A stretch of 48,881 nucleotides of DNA from a virus (IMGVR_UViG_3300032212_000510:1-48881), one strand, 5' to 3'; counted from the first letter of the stretch, positions 29,056 to 38,945 are shown. Translations and numbers: made by a program. The notes: generated by a model from the sequence alone, not told the origin.

Positions 29056-29441
29056 TGGCGTATGTAAAGGTGGAAAATAATATTGTAGTGCAGAAGCAAA
29101 ATGCTCCAGAGAAAGGTTTTATTAAAGTTTCTGATGATGTTGTATGTAGTCAAATAATGCAGCAGGACGGTAGCTTTATAAATCCTAATATTGTTCAAAC
29201 AGATGTTTACGAAAAAAAACGCCGCGCCAAATATCCACCTATTGGTGATCAAGCTGATGCTGATTATAAGAATAGGCAAAAAGCTAGATTATGGGCTGGT
29301 AAAGCTAATGTAGCGCTAGAGCAAGGTGATATAGCTACTGCTCTCAAGCATCTAATCGAGGCTATGCAACCATGTGATGAGAGTGATCTGATTGATTCAG
29401 GTATTAATCAAGTTAAGCAACGTAATCCAAAACCAGAGTAA
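29055..29441 (+). CDS. Tail-fibre-associated protein (possible chaperone)
   Basis: TAATG coupling. RRAKYPPIGDQAD...VKQRNPKP motif common after fibre genes. Confidence 0.6.
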   Translation: MAYVKVENNIVVQKQNAPEKGFIKVSDDVVCSQIMQQDGSFINPNIVQTDVYEKKRRAKYPPIGDQADADYKNRQKARLWAGKANVALEQGDIATALKHLIEAMQPCDESDLIDSGINQVKQRNPKPE

Positions 29442-29443
29442 TT

Positions 29444-30016
29444 ATGCTTTCTTTAGTTTTTATTATATGTATGGGGATATTAGCACGCCTAGCTGGTACT
29501 GGCTTTGGTAGTAAGTTTGGTATGTCTTGGTTGCCGGAACTAATATTCTCAATTCCTTTTGGTGTTGCTGCTGGCACAGTTGCTAATCTATTAGGTTGTG
29601 ATTTAACAGTATCGTTATTTATAACAGCAATAAGCGCAGCAATATCATATGGTGGTATGCAATCTGCTACTTGGATGTTTTTGGATTGGGAGGGTGAAAG
29701 AGCACCTAACTTAAACCGTAAATCTACTTTGAAACCCATTATAGATTATATAGCCAAACTTATGGGGTATAAGTTGGGTGATGAAGGATATGCATGGGTT
29801 GCAGCAGGTGTAAAAGGGTTTATCATAACACTACCAGTAGGTGGTGTTATTGGCACTATATTGTGGCCATTAGGTTATGAACTTGGATCACATGCTAGAG
29901 GTAGAGTTGAGAGATTTGGGCTCGATCCACATATGTTTTCAGAGTTCTTTTCTGGTTGTTTAGGTGGTGTATCAATAGTTCTTTTTGTAAATCTTGCATA
30001 TATTATATGGGGGTAA
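29444..30016 (+). CDS. Multi-pass membrane protein
   Basis: About five hydrophobic segments. Lies just before the lysis cassette. Confidence 0.65.
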   Translation: MLSLVFIICMGILARLAGTGFGSKFGMSWLPELIFSIPFGVAAGTVANLLGCDLTVSLFITAISAAISYGGMQSATWMFLDWEGERAPNLNRKSTLKPIIDYIAKLMGYKLGDEGYAWVAAGVKGFIITLPVGGVIGTILWPLGYELGSHARGRVERFGLDPHMFSEFFSGCLGGVSIVLFVNLAYIIWG

Positions 30017-30360
30017 TGATGGAAACGATCATTAATTGGGAAGTTTTTACACAATTTGGGTTAGCTGGGCTAATACTCGGTGTATTCTTTATCCTTCTAA
30101 TATATATCTTGAAGCAGCATGCTAAAACCATGAAGGCTGTTGTTGATCGCACCAGTGATGTTATTGATAGAATGAGCATTGATCATAAGGAGAGTAATGA
30201 GGCGTGGCGTAAATCTTTTGAGGTTTATTCGTTGCAGGCAGATACTAGGCAATCTGAAACAAATATTGTGTTACGTGATTTAACAAATGTCATGACAAGG
30301 CATGAGGCTAATATTCAAAAAGAGCTTTATCAATCAGGAAGAAGGTATAAGGATGTATAG
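30016..30360 (+). CDS. Putative holin-like protein (one N-terminal TM plus coiled coil)
   Basis: QFGLAGLILGVFFILLIYIL TM segment. Overlaps the endolysin start. Confidence 0.55.
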   Translation: MMETIINWEVFTQFGLAGLILGVFFILLIYILKQHAKTMKAVVDRTSDVIDRMSIDHKESNEAWRKSFEVYSLQADTRQSETNIVLRDLTNVMTRHEANIQKELYQSGRRYKDV

Positions 30361-30781
30361 ATTCTCCGGTAGATCATTAGAGAATTTAACTGGAGTTCAC
30401 CCTAAACTTGTGTCTGTAGTTAAGTCATGTATGGATATGCAGGTTATGGATTTTTCAGTTGTTGAAGGTGTAAGGACGAAGGAGAGGCAAAAGCAGTTTT
30501 ATGATGGTGGTAAATCTAAGACATTAAAATCTAAGCATTTAATACAGTCTGATGGTTATGGCCATGCTGTTGATTTATATCCTTACCCTATTAATATGAA
30601 AGAGGTTAATAAAGGTAACGCAAAAGAAATAGCGCGGTTTGGTGTTTTATCAGGTGTTATGCTATCATGTGCAAAGATGCATGGTGTTGAGATTATTAAC
30701 GGCATGGATTGGAATGGTGATGGTGAGACATTAGATCATAATTTTTTTGATGCACCACACTTTCAAATTATTTTGACTTAA
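30353..30781 (+). CDS. Endolysin, peptidase M15 (L-Ala-D-Glu type)
   Basis: FSGRSLENLTGVHPKL, EGVRTKERQ, SKHL, GHAVD, DAPHFQ. Confidence 0.9.
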   Translation: MYRFSGRSLENLTGVHPKLVSVVKSCMDMQVMDFSVVEGVRTKERQKQFYDGGKSKTLKSKHLIQSDGYGHAVDLYPYPINMKEVNKGNAKEIARFGVLSGVMLSCAKMHGVEIINGMDWNGDGETLDHNFFDAPHFQIILT

Positions 30782-30792
30782 GGAGATTTTTT

Positions 30793-30978
30793 ATGAAAAA
30801 ACTTATTGTATCTATTGTAGCTGGTATTGTTATTGCTGGTGGTGCATTCTTCACTGGAAGGGTAGATGATGTAGGCACAGCGGTTCAAATTGCTTTTGAT
30901 AAAGAAAGCGCTGAGGAATACTGTGGTAAATTACTGAATGCAGATATTATTGAAGTAGAAACACAGCCAGCAGAATGA
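30793..30978 (+). CDS. Small exported/membrane protein in the lysis cassette
   Basis: AAGGAG RBS. Signal-like MKKLIVSIVAGIVIAGGAFF. Confidence 0.6.
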   Translation: MKKLIVSIVAGIVIAGGAFFTGRVDDVGTAVQIAFDKESAEEYCGKLLNADIIEVETQPAE

Positions 30979-31196
30979 TTTGGTTTACTGTACTAGAGGG
31001 CTTATTAAAGCTCGTTACAACTGTTTCCAGCATTATGGAGCGTAAGCAACTCCTTGATGCTGGTGCAGCTAAAGAGGTTGCTAAATATAATGAGAATGTC
31101 ATTAAGAAAATACGCAAAGCTCGTGATGTTAGGAATGCTGTGCGCAATGCCTCTGACAGCTTGCGAGACGATGATGGATTTAAGAGGGATAAATAA
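30975..31196 (+). CDS. Putative i-spanin (Rz-like)
   Basis: Hydrophobic N-terminus plus helical periplasmic part. Overlaps a lipoprotein gene. Confidence 0.6.
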   Translation: MIWFTVLEGLLKLVTTVSSIMERKQLLDAGAAKEVAKYNENVIKKIRKARDVRNAVRNASDSLRDDDGFKRDK

Positions 31197-31344
31197 GCCA
31201 CAAGCAATAGAAGATGTATCCTGTGATATCTTTGAGCCTATCAATTGGATAGATAGTATTCCTGATAATATCCTAATTCAAATTAAAGAGCATAATGCTG
31301 TTTATTGCAGTACGTGCAAGACTGATCCACGATGTAAAAAATAA
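31096..31344 (+). CDS. Putative o-spanin lipoprotein (Rz1-like)
   Basis: MSLRKYAKLVMLGMLCAMPLTA-C lipobox. CDIFEPI..QIKEHNAVY..C motif. Overlaps the i-spanin in another frame. Confidence 0.7.
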   Translation: MSLRKYAKLVMLGMLCAMPLTACETMMDLRGINKPQAIEDVSCDIFEPINWIDSIPDNILIQIKEHNAVYCSTCKTDPRCKK

Positions 31345-31373
31345 GGTGGCCAGTCGTCACCAGCCACCTTATT
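31340..31373. terminator. Hairpin ending the late operon
   Basis: AATAAGGTGGC/GCCACCTTATT perfect 11-bp stem at the convergence of the two arms. Confidence 0.65.
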
Positions 31374-31451
31374 GGGGAGTATCAAACAGTGTGTGTGGGG
31401 ACTGCTTGATGAGTATTTATATTATCCAATAATAATTAATAAATAGTAAAT

Positions 31452-31494
31452 AAAAAAACAGCTCCTAGGTGCTGTATCACCAAGGGAGCTGTTT
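31452..31494 (-). terminator. Rho-independent terminator of the leftward early operon
   Basis: AAACAGCTCC...GGAGCTGTTT stem. A7 on + gives the U tract on -. Confidence 0.7.
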
Positions 31495-31586
31495 ACATGA
31501 TGTATGCAACAAAAGGATTGTGGAGACCCAATTTTTACACCATGATTTAACTGTACCTGCAACTGCAGTCATATTCAAGCGATATA

Positions 31587-32051
31587 TTAAAATGGTATCT
31601 CATCGTCCATAGCTTCTGGAGTGTAGTTATGCTCCATCGGTGCATTACTTGGTTGGCTATTATAGCCATCAGTATTTTCATTCTGTGGCACACCACCTCC
31701 ACCACGTGTTGTAAGCATTTGTAATGATGATCTGTAAGGGCGTAACACTACTTCTGTTACATACTTTTTTACGCCGTTATCCTCCCATGAGCGATTCTCC
31801 AGTGTGCCCTCTATATATACCTTATCGCCTTTTTTAAGATATTGCTCTGTGATGCTCACAATACCGGAGGCAAAGATAACTACACGGTGCCATTGGGTGC
31901 GCTCTTTGCGCTCACCTGTGTTTTTATCTTTCCATGTATCGCTAGTGGCAATAGATAGGTTAGCCACCTTATCACCACTCTGCATTGTTCGGATATCAGG
32001 ATCATTGCCCAAGTTACCAATTAAAACAACTTTATTTACGCTACCAGCCAT
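31587..32051 (-). CDS. ssb: Single-stranded DNA-binding protein
   Basis: MAGSVNKVVLIGNLG.DP, WHRVVIF, C-terminal DDEIPF. Confidence 0.97.
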   Translation of the reverse strand: MAGSVNKVVLIGNLGNDPDIRTMQSGDKVANLSIATSDTWKDKNTGERKERTQWHRVVIFASGIVSITEQYLKKGDKVYIEGTLENRSWEDNGVKKYVTEVVLRPYRSSLQMLTTRGGGGVPQNENTDGYNSQPSNAPMEHNYTPEAMDDEIPF

Positions 32052-32485
32052 TATATCTTCTTACCCCCATCTTTTGCGCGATTCTCAGGTTTGTGATCTG
32101 CACGCTTATCATTGTATGATAGTTTTTCCATTAATGCACCAGCCACATCCAGATCAAGACCTCCAGCCATATCAAATATGCGTATAACTGCATCAGCAAG
32201 CTCAACCTCTAGCATCTTTCTATCTGTTAGATGATCATCCATTAAATCTTTACGAAACCCCTCTAAGGCTTCTGATACCTCAGAATGAATAAGACATAGC
32301 ATCTCAGGTACAGGGCGTATAAGCTTTTCACCTGTTTTCGGATCATGCCACCAGCCATTATTCCATGCACGGCCATGGCATGCAGCGGTGAGTGTTCGAC
32401 CTGCAAACACCACGTTTGCATTATCTATATGTGGTTTCTTTTCAATTGGCATTACTGCTTCTCCTTTAGTTTTTCCCATAGTCAC
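32051..32485 (-). CDS. MazG-like nucleotide pyrophosphohydrolase
   Basis: LIHSEVSEALEGFRK and EVELADAVIRIFD motifs. Confidence 0.85.
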   Translation of the reverse strand: MTMGKTKGEAVMPIEKKPHIDNANVVFAGRTLTAACHGRAWNNGWWHDPKTGEKLIRPVPEMLCLIHSEVSEALEGFRKDLMDDHLTDRKMLEVELADAVIRIFDMAGGLDLDVAGALMEKLSYNDKRADHKPENRAKDGGKKI

Positions 32486-32756
32486 TTACTCCAAACATAT
32501 CTATTTCCAATGTTAGATTTGCCAAATCTTCACAAAAGCCAATCTTCTCACGTCTTCCAAAAGTATGCCTTCCGTAAGATGTAGTTGTTACAATATTACC
32601 CTCTTTATTAATACCAAAACAATGCACCATCCCATTCTCATTCACAGCCGCAACCACAAATGCATATGTTCCTTTTCCGCCCATAGCTGGATATATATCA
32701 CCAACACAAACTTTTGGTGGAAACGGCGCTTTCCAGTTTTTTGCTTTGAATTGCAT
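32466..32756 (-). CDS. Hypothetical protein
   Basis: Packed in the operon. Start reassigned to MQFKAK after an AAGGA RBS. Confidence 0.6.
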   Translation of the reverse strand: MQFKAKNWKAPFPPKVCVGDIYPAMGGKGTYAFVVAAVNENGMVHCFGINKEGNIVTTTSYGRHTFGRREKIGFCEDLANLTLEIDMFGVSDYGKN

Positions 32757-32766
32757 TATCCATTCC

Positions 32767-33303
32767 TTAACAATCTGGACATATAACAGTATCAAGCGGG
32801 TCTTCACTCTCAGGATCCTGGACAGTACCATTACCATTACATGTTTCACATACTGGTATAGTATTAACTATATCCATAACGGTCTGCTGTTGCTCTTCTG
32901 GTGCAAGCTGTGGCACTTCCTCCTCTTTGCCCTCATCTTCTACAACCCTATCAATAGGTGCTCCATGCGCAAGGCTGTTATGATCAAGCACTGGCGTATC
33001 ACGCTCCTCTAATGCCTTCTTAGTGAATGGATCAGGGGCTTGCTGTGCCGGTGGTGTAAACTTATCAGGTATCTGATTTGCTTCATCATGGCTGATAAAT
33101 TCAGTATCACGCCCTTGCAGTCCTTCCTGCTCCTCTTCCTTTACCCATTGGTATTGGGAAAAATGCGCAAGTTTCTTATCACGCTCACGACCAAAATTAA
33201 TTATTTCACAGCCATCAGCTCCAGCAAAAAACGCAATATTTTCACCATTAAATAAGTGGAACCTTCCACGGTTATCGCATACGGTTATTTTTTTCATGAT
33301 CAT
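32767..33303 (-). CDS. Hypothetical protein with C-terminal CxxCxGxG...CxxC Zn finger
   Basis: CETCNGNGTV...CPDC. ATGA coupling to the upstream gene. Confidence 0.65.
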   Translation of the reverse strand: MIMKKITVCDNRGRFHLFNGENIAFFAGADGCEIINFGRERDKKLAHFSQYQWVKEEEQEGLQGRDTEFISHDEANQIPDKFTPPAQQAPDPFTKKALEERDTPVLDHNSLAHGAPIDRVVEDEGKEEEVPQLAPEEQQQTVMDIVNTIPVCETCNGNGTVQDPESEDPLDTVICPDC

Positions 33304-34379
33304 ATCCCATAAAGTTCATCGTTGCTTAGATACTCGTCTTCTTGAATATCAACCCAAAATTCTTCGCCAAACTGCTCATAGTTGCTTTTGAATATATCAG
33401 CAGCAGGAATTAAATAGCGCTCGTAATTATCAGTAAATGCTTTATCACGCATACTCATTTTAATACCTTTGGTTACTGGCGCTATACCTTTTTGCACCAT
33501 ACAAAACCAAAACTCTTCACATAGTGTTTCACTAAATAGCTTAAGCCATTCCTGATCAACATGATCAGCACCAAATACCTTGCCATCCTTAACAAATTGT
33601 TTGGCTACATTTATGCTATCTACATAAAGTCGCGCTTGTATCTGATATAAGAATCTATCAATAGTCTTCTTAACAGCCTTCATAAGTGGATCATCATACT
33701 GATTAGCAAAGCTCTTAAGATCGCATCCGGCCATGATTTTCAAATAATCAACGCGGGTTTTAAGGCGCACACCAAGACGCTCATCATCATAGATGATTGT
33801 TACCTCTGGATATCCACCTACAAAGTAACCATTAATGTGTGGATTATGCTCAATCATCTTGGCGCTAAATTCTATATACCGCATAGTTTCTTGATTAAGT
33901 AACTCTACATCTTCGCTAAATTGTGCGCGGTGTTTAGCAATTAAATTATCTAATATGCGCGCATGTGGCTTGGCAGCTAATAATCTTGTAATGCCTTCTG
34001 CCTTATTTTTGAATGTAACAGGCAATTTAGCAGCACGAAGCGCAGCTTTGATATCATTACTGGTACGAATAACTGTAGTATCTTCTGGATTATCTTCATA
34101 ATCAGGCGCATACAGCTCATCAAAACGCTTTTTACCCTCAAGGATACGCACATGATAAGCACGCCCGTCAGCATAAGCTTGTGTGTCTTTTGAGAAGTCC
34201 TCGCGTAGCGGGTTCATCCATGATTTTACGTAGAATAAAGTCGGAGACTTTAACAGATTTTTTATGGATGAAGATTGTAGGCATGGGATAGCTAGATACT
34301 GATCAAACGGCATATCAAAATAAATACCGGGTTCAGGTGTTTCCCATGGCCAAGATGATAGAGAATTATTGTTAGTCAT
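33300..34379 (-). CDS. PD-(D/E)XK exonuclease, RecE/ExoVIII (DUF3799)-like
   Basis: PGIYFDMPFDQY, SSSIK, GRAYH, PEVTI, KTRVDYL, DLKS, YQIQARLY. Start at MTNNN after the promoter/RBS module. Confidence 0.82.
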   Translation of the reverse strand: MTNNNSLSSWPWETPEPGIYFDMPFDQYLAIPCLQSSSIKNLLKSPTLFYVKSWMNPLREDFSKDTQAYADGRAYHVRILEGKKRFDELYAPDYEDNPEDTTVIRTSNDIKAALRAAKLPVTFKNKAEGITRLLAAKPHARILDNLIAKHRAQFSEDVELLNQETMRYIEFSAKMIEHNPHINGYFVGGYPEVTIIYDDERLGVRLKTRVDYLKIMAGCDLKSFANQYDDPLMKAVKKTIDRFLYQIQARLYVDSINVAKQFVKDGKVFGADHVDQEWLKLFSETLCEEFWFCMVQKGIAPVTKGIKMSMRDKAFTDNYERYLIPAADIFKSNYEQFGEEFWVDIQEDEYLSNDELYGI

Positions 34380-34384
34380 TTTAA

Positions 34385-34436
34385 GCACTTCCTTTCGTTG
34401 CAAGACCACACTATTAAATTGTACTTATTGTGTCAA
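34385..34436 (-). promoter_or_regulatory. Repeated early promoter/leader module, copy 1
   Basis: TTGACA-caataaGTACAATTTAA-TAGTGT...GCAACGAAAGGAAGTGC..ATG. Confidence 0.75.
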
Positions 34437-36052
34437 CAACTATTTTTAATTTTATCAGGCATAGCCTCATTACACAGTTTTACTACATGATCAATAAATG
34501 GTATGGCCTTATCCATATTAGGAATAGAATTACCTTTGCCACGTGTTTGATCATGTTGCCATGATATTTTATTTTTAATTTTTCGCATTGATCTTAATAT
34601 TTCACTATGATGAGGTCTATATCTTATTGGCTCTTGCTTGTGTTTTCTAATACCACATGTTGCTCCATTTCTACCAGTGCCTGGCCCTGTGATGTGATAA
34701 GCAATATATTCACCGCGCTCAATGCGTGGGCTATACGTGCGATAAATGCAATGCCTTAAATTATCGCTCTCATCATATAGCTTTTGATCATCATCAAGTA
34801 ATATAGCTTTATGCTTACCAAGCTCTATTTCTTTTGGGTATGGTGATAGTACCTCTATTGGTTTTGCTTCTTTAGGGCGGATAGGTTTCGGTGGTTCATG
34901 AGCAAAATCACCGCGAAACGCTATAGCGGAAATATCTCTGCCCCGCGCCATATCAATACCAACATCACCACGTACAAAATTTACTGCTCCAGCCTCTAAG
35001 CTGAAAGGATTATGTCCCTCTATCGCCCTTGCATTGTGAGTAAGCTCTTGCCAGTTTTCTGATGTAAGTAATTGTCGGATAGTTTCTGGATGTGTAGGCC
35101 CCCGCGGTTGTTGGCATATATCTATTATATCGCGCATAGTATAATCAAACTCAAGCGGATTGATGGAACAGTGCTCATCACGCATAAAATAATCACGCAG
35201 CCAGTCTATAAAGCCGTAATGCTGTAATGCTCTATTTGTAGTAATTTGCCCCATATCTTCACGCTCTCGCAAGATGTTTTCCGGCCAGCGTATATCCCAA
35301 GGGCTGGGTGCAATAAAGAGCTTAAATAAATACCAGTGAGGCTTATTGCATAACCACTTCCATTGCTTTTTGCTGAAGCCTGTAATTTCTCGCCATTCTG
35401 CAATTGATGCTTTTGCATTATCTCTGTTATATGGTATTGGTGTAGGTGATGTGCTTTCTCTTCTTGCATCAGCTATGCAATACCAAAACATTGGCCATAC
35501 CTTATCTTGTGCCATTTGGCGCAAATCAACTTTACCTTTAAGCTCGTTAATAGAACGAGAAATTCGATTTATGTGGTAATCGCTTATAGCAGGTTCATTC
35601 TCATCTCTGTTATCTGCTATGTCTGTAAGGCATAATGATATTGCATTAAGGCCATAAAGACCTAACCAGCTAGTGCTTATATCAGACTCTAATTGTATAA
35701 TATTGGCTCGTGTAGCTATATCATAATCTCTTGTTAGTGTGAGTATATTTATAAAGTCTGCCACTGATGGGATTGCATCACTCATCGGCATTATACTAAC
35801 TGGAGGTGCTATACGTATCGTATTGCGCCCTCTTCTAAAGCGGGTGTTGTTTCTATCATAATTTGGAATACGTGGCATATTTTGCATCTCCCTTGCACGT
35901 TCTTCTAATATTCTTGCCTCATCTATACGAGCCATCATTTGATTTCGCTGCGCTTCACAATCTGCGCGATCCCTCTCCATACGAATTATGCGGTCAGTCA
36001 TTTCTAATGTTGGGGGTAGTCCTGCCAAAATATTATTCCTCATAATCGACAT
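34433..36052 (-). CDS. Protein with C-terminal PcfJ-like domain
   Basis: LYDESDNLRHCI..Y...YHI...ATCGI...QTRGKGN matches the PcfJ pattern. Confidence 0.65.
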   Translation of the reverse strand: MSIMRNNILAGLPPTLEMTDRIIRMERDRADCEAQRNQMMARIDEARILEERAREMQNMPRIPNYDRNNTRFRRGRNTIRIAPPVSIMPMSDAIPSVADFINILTLTRDYDIATRANIIQLESDISTSWLGLYGLNAISLCLTDIADNRDENEPAISDYHINRISRSINELKGKVDLRQMAQDKVWPMFWYCIADARRESTSPTPIPYNRDNAKASIAEWREITGFSKKQWKWLCNKPHWYLFKLFIAPSPWDIRWPENILREREDMGQITTNRALQHYGFIDWLRDYFMRDEHCSINPLEFDYTMRDIIDICQQPRGPTHPETIRQLLTSENWQELTHNARAIEGHNPFSLEAGAVNFVRGDVGIDMARGRDISAIAFRGDFAHEPPKPIRPKEAKPIEVLSPYPKEIELGKHKAILLDDDQKLYDESDNLRHCIYRTYSPRIERGEYIAYHITGPGTGRNGATCGIRKHKQEPIRYRPHHSEILRSMRKIKNKISWQHDQTRGKGNSIPNMDKAIPFIDHVVKLCNEAMPDKIKNSC

Positions 36053-36464
36053 TAAATAATCCTAAAGCACCTTTAACCTTGAAAGGCTCTATAGGTTTAA
36101 TATTATCTAATACCCATCCAAATTGCCCTTCCATATGCCATGGATTTTCACGCTCTTCCGGTGGAATACAATCAACTATATCCGCGCGGCCTATTATGTG
36201 GCCACCAAGATTGCGCATTTTTTCTATACGCTCCTTATCTACTAGAAGATTTAATAACTGAATTTGTTCTTGCGCATTAGATGATTCAAAAAACATTTCC
36301 ATTGCCGTTTGTTCACAATTATAGCAATCATGAAAATTCCACCACGTAGAGGCGTGTATAAGGATAGGGCCACGATAATGTGTGCGCCTGGATCTATTCT
36401 CTATTGTCTTACCACAGTGTAAAATCCACCACCACCATGGTGCGCGTATTGATAAAGCTTTCAT
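36033..36464 (-). CDS. ASCH domain protein
   Basis: MKALSIRAPWWWWIL.GKTIENRS..THYRGPILIHAS, GHIIG, VKGALGLF. Confidence 0.9.
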   Translation of the reverse strand: MKALSIRAPWWWWILHCGKTIENRSRRTHYRGPILIHASTWWNFHDCYNCEQTAMEMFFESSNAQEQIQLLNLLVDKERIEKMRNLGGHIIGRADIVDCIPPEERENPWHMEGQFGWVLDNIKPIEPFKVKGALGLFNVDYEE

Positions 36465-36850
36465 GGTCTATTGCAACCTCCGCAGTTTGGACACTCATGC
36501 CAGTAGTCAGAGAAACTCAAAAACCTACCGCAACTATGACATTTTAGAGGTACGTATTTAGGTTTTGGAGGCTCATATAAAGTTAACCCTATTTCCTCAA
36601 GCGCTTCTTTTACACGCACATGTTGGCAGTCAACCATTACAGTTGTGCGTGCGTCTATATATGAACAAGGAATTGGTATATCTATGTCAGGACGTTGCTT
36701 ATGTTGCTTAAAAGCATCTTCTTGAGTAAACTTACGTGCTTCATTTATATTTGTGGTATATCCACCTTTTTCAGCCCAAAACAGCATACTGTTACCTACA
36801 TAACTACGTTTATCTTGTAGATAAAAAAGATTAATATTGCACTTTGACAT
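36461..36850 (-). CDS. Hypothetical phage protein with C-terminal Zn ribbon
   Basis: YLQDKRSYVGNSMLFWA..GYTT motif, CHSCGRF...CPNCG. Confidence 0.7.
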   Translation of the reverse strand: MSKCNINLFYLQDKRSYVGNSMLFWAEKGGYTTNINEARKFTQEDAFKQHKQRPDIDIPIPCSYIDARTTVMVDCQHVRVKEALEEIGLTLYEPPKPKYVPLKCHSCGRFLSFSDYWHECPNCGGCNRP

Positions 36851-37826
36851 GTGGCACCTTCCCATTGGCTATAGCTGTAAGGATAGCTATGCCTTGTTGT
36901 TGTGTGATTTCACCGGCTCTCATTATTTCAGCTAGTGCCTCACGATTGATCTTGCCACGGTGCTCACGATCAGCCTCACGCTCTTTAGCAGCCTTTTCAT
37001 CCTCCAGCTTTTCACGAGCAATCTTATCTCGTTCACGTTGCGCAGCTTGATCTGCATCACGTTGCGCTTTAATACGTGCATCGCGCTCTTCTTGTATTTT
37101 ATCTTCCGCATCCTTTAAGGCTTTTTCATCAGCAATACGCTGCGTTTCTTTGCGTTGATCTTCTCTATCACGCTCTTTTTCAGCCTCACGTAGCCTCTCA
37201 AGCTCAGCATCTTGCTCCTCTTTATCTTTAGCCTGTTGCAGACGCTCCTTAAGCTGATCAATTACACGCTGTTTGGTATCACTCGCAGTGGATGCAAGCT
37301 CTTCCCACGTGCCATCTATCTGTGTTTCACTTGCTTGGTTAAGACGCTGCTCTATATCAGCACTTGTATATTGCTGCCCATATGTGAACTCTATTAATAT
37401 CTCCAGATCATGTAGGCGTTTATTAAGAGCATCTTTACGCTCTGCCTCTGCAGTCTTATAATCCGTAAGTGGCTGGCGTGCTTTATCACGTAAGCGTGCA
37501 AGCTCTTCTTGCATTTTACGCCCTTCACCATCAACAACTTTGATCTGCGCAAGCACAGGTGCTATTTGCTCCTCAAGGCTCTTTTTAAGGTCTTTACGAG
37601 CTGTATCCATCATTGATCGGGCACTCTTAACCTTTGATGTTAAGGCAGTAACTTCTTTCTGATTCTTCTTTACAGATAGATCACCATGCTTAAAGGAATC
37701 AATATGCTCCTCCAATGCTTTTAGTAATGGCTCTGCACCATTCTCCTTACCAAACACATCAAGTGGTGTTAGTGCTTTTTGTGGTATTGGTAAATCTACT
37801 TCCAGTGTTACGATATCATTTGACAT
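36831..37826 (-). CDS. Long coiled-coil phage protein of recombination modules
   Basis: RDKARQPLTDY, AKEREADREHRGKINREAL, AIANGKVPHVKVQY. Confidence 0.7.
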   Translation of the reverse strand: MSNDIVTLEVDLPIPQKALTPLDVFGKENGAEPLLKALEEHIDSFKHGDLSVKKNQKEVTALTSKVKSARSMMDTARKDLKKSLEEQIAPVLAQIKVVDGEGRKMQEELARLRDKARQPLTDYKTAEAERKDALNKRLHDLEILIEFTYGQQYTSADIEQRLNQASETQIDGTWEELASTASDTKQRVIDQLKERLQQAKDKEEQDAELERLREAEKERDREDQRKETQRIADEKALKDAEDKIQEERDARIKAQRDADQAAQRERDKIAREKLEDEKAAKEREADREHRGKINREALAEIMRAGEITQQQGIAILTAIANGKVPHVKVQY

Positions 37827-38097
37827 TAATTTGCTCCTTTATTTTGCCAATTGTTGCTTGATGTTCGATAGTTACAATTTCCAAAGCTTTTATACCCAAA
37901 TCATCTGGTAAATCGCGTATCTCATCGAATACATTTTTCACATCCCGTAGTAACCCACGGAATAGTGTTTCATTAAGGTTGCGCAAGCAGTTTTCCAACT
38001 CTTCATCTGCACACTTATTATCATTAACGTTGTTGTTACACACAGGCATTAAATCAAGTAAGTATTTATCTGTTGGATCAGGAAAACCATTAACCAT
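37816..38097 (-). CDS. Hypothetical protein
   Basis: Tightly packed, overlapping neighbours in the leftward operon. Confidence 0.6.
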   Translation of the reverse strand: MVNGFPDPTDKYLLDLMPVCNNNVNDNKCADEELENCLRNLNETLFRGLLRDVKNVFDEIRDLPDDLGIKALEIVTIEHQATIGKIKEQINVK

Positions 38098-38311
38098 TTT
38101 TACGCTCCTTTATATATTTAAGTGCTAACTCAGCATACCGGCCTTTATCACGGATACCCCATGCTGTTCTCATTATAGGACGGCCACCATTACTATAATC
38201 CTTTTCATATGATTCCCAATTAGCAGGGTTAGCATATGTTTCAGCCACCATGCGCAATATCTCCTCATCGGTTTTATCTGCACATGTGTGATCTGCTATA
38301 ACTAACGGCAT
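38090..38311 (-). CDS. Hypothetical protein
   Basis: Operon packing and GGGAG RBS. Confidence 0.6.
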   Translation of the reverse strand: MPLVIADHTCADKTDEEILRMVAETYANPANWESYEKDYSNGGRPIMRTAWGIRDKGRYAELALKYIKERKNG

Positions 38312-38517
38312 TGTACTATCTCCCTAAATGTAACGATAGCATCATCACCAAGAATCTCTTTCGTTCTTGATTCTAGATCATCAATAATACTATCTATGTG
38401 ATCTGATAGATGCGTTGATTCGTCATGCTCATCCATTGCATTTGCAATATCTGTAAGCAGTGTATGCCAGTTGTTTATACGATCCAGCTCTTTATGTTTT
38501 TTTGATTGTTTCATCAT
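38302..38517 (-). CDS. Hypothetical protein
   Basis: ATGA coupling to the upstream gene. Confidence 0.6.
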   Translation of the reverse strand: MMKQSKKHKELDRINNWHTLLTDIANAMDEHDESTHLSDHIDSIIDDLESRTKEILGDDAIVTFREIVQCR

Positions 38518-38849
38518 GCTACCCTCGCTTTCTCAACCTCGGATAAAAGCTCCGGTTTCATTGTTGCGATTGGCGCGGCTACAAAGCCATTACTCACAGC
38601 CTCACTTGTAATTTCTACTAGCCCTGCTTTTACCAGCGCCTCTGGTATACCAGTGTTTTCTGACCAGTTTTTTAGAATGATCTGATCTTTTTGTAGATCA
38701 ACCTCTGGCATATTAACAGTGGCTTTTGCTTCAATACCGCTATTACTTTCAATAACCAGCGCAACTGCGCCACATTGATAAAAACCAATAGATACAGTGC
38801 CTGCTTTTGAGTAGGTAGCAGGGCCAACCTTTAATAAAGTTTTGAACAT
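38514..38849 (-). CDS. Hypothetical protein (first gene of the leftward early operon)
   Basis: Start MFKTLL after the AAAGGAAG RBS of the promoter module. ATVN...IILKNWSENTGI.EAL..AG motif. Confidence 0.7.
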   Translation of the reverse strand: MFKTLLKVGPATYSKAGTVSIGFYQCGAVALVIESNSGIEAKATVNMPEVDLQKDQIILKNWSENTGIPEALVKAGLVEITSEAVSNGFVAAPIATMKPELLSEVEKARVA

Positions 38850-38852
38850 TAT

Positions 38853-38904
38853 GCACTTCCTTTCGTTGCAAAACCAAGTTATTAAATTGTTCAACTAATG
38901 TCAA
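38853..38904 (-). promoter_or_regulatory. Repeated early promoter/leader module, copy 2 (leftward)
   Basis: TTGACA-ttagttGAACAATTTAA-TAACTT...GCAACGAAAGGAAGTGC..ATG. Confidence 0.75.
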
Positions 38905-38912
38905 TAAAAAAA

Positions 38913-38941
38913 TTGACAAACAAAGTACAATATCATATAAA
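38913..38941 (+). promoter_or_regulatory. Rightward sigma70 promoter, back-to-back with copy 2
   Basis: TTGACA-aacaaaGTACAATatca-TATAAA (17-bp spacer). Confidence 0.8.
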
Positions 38942-38945
38942 GGTT

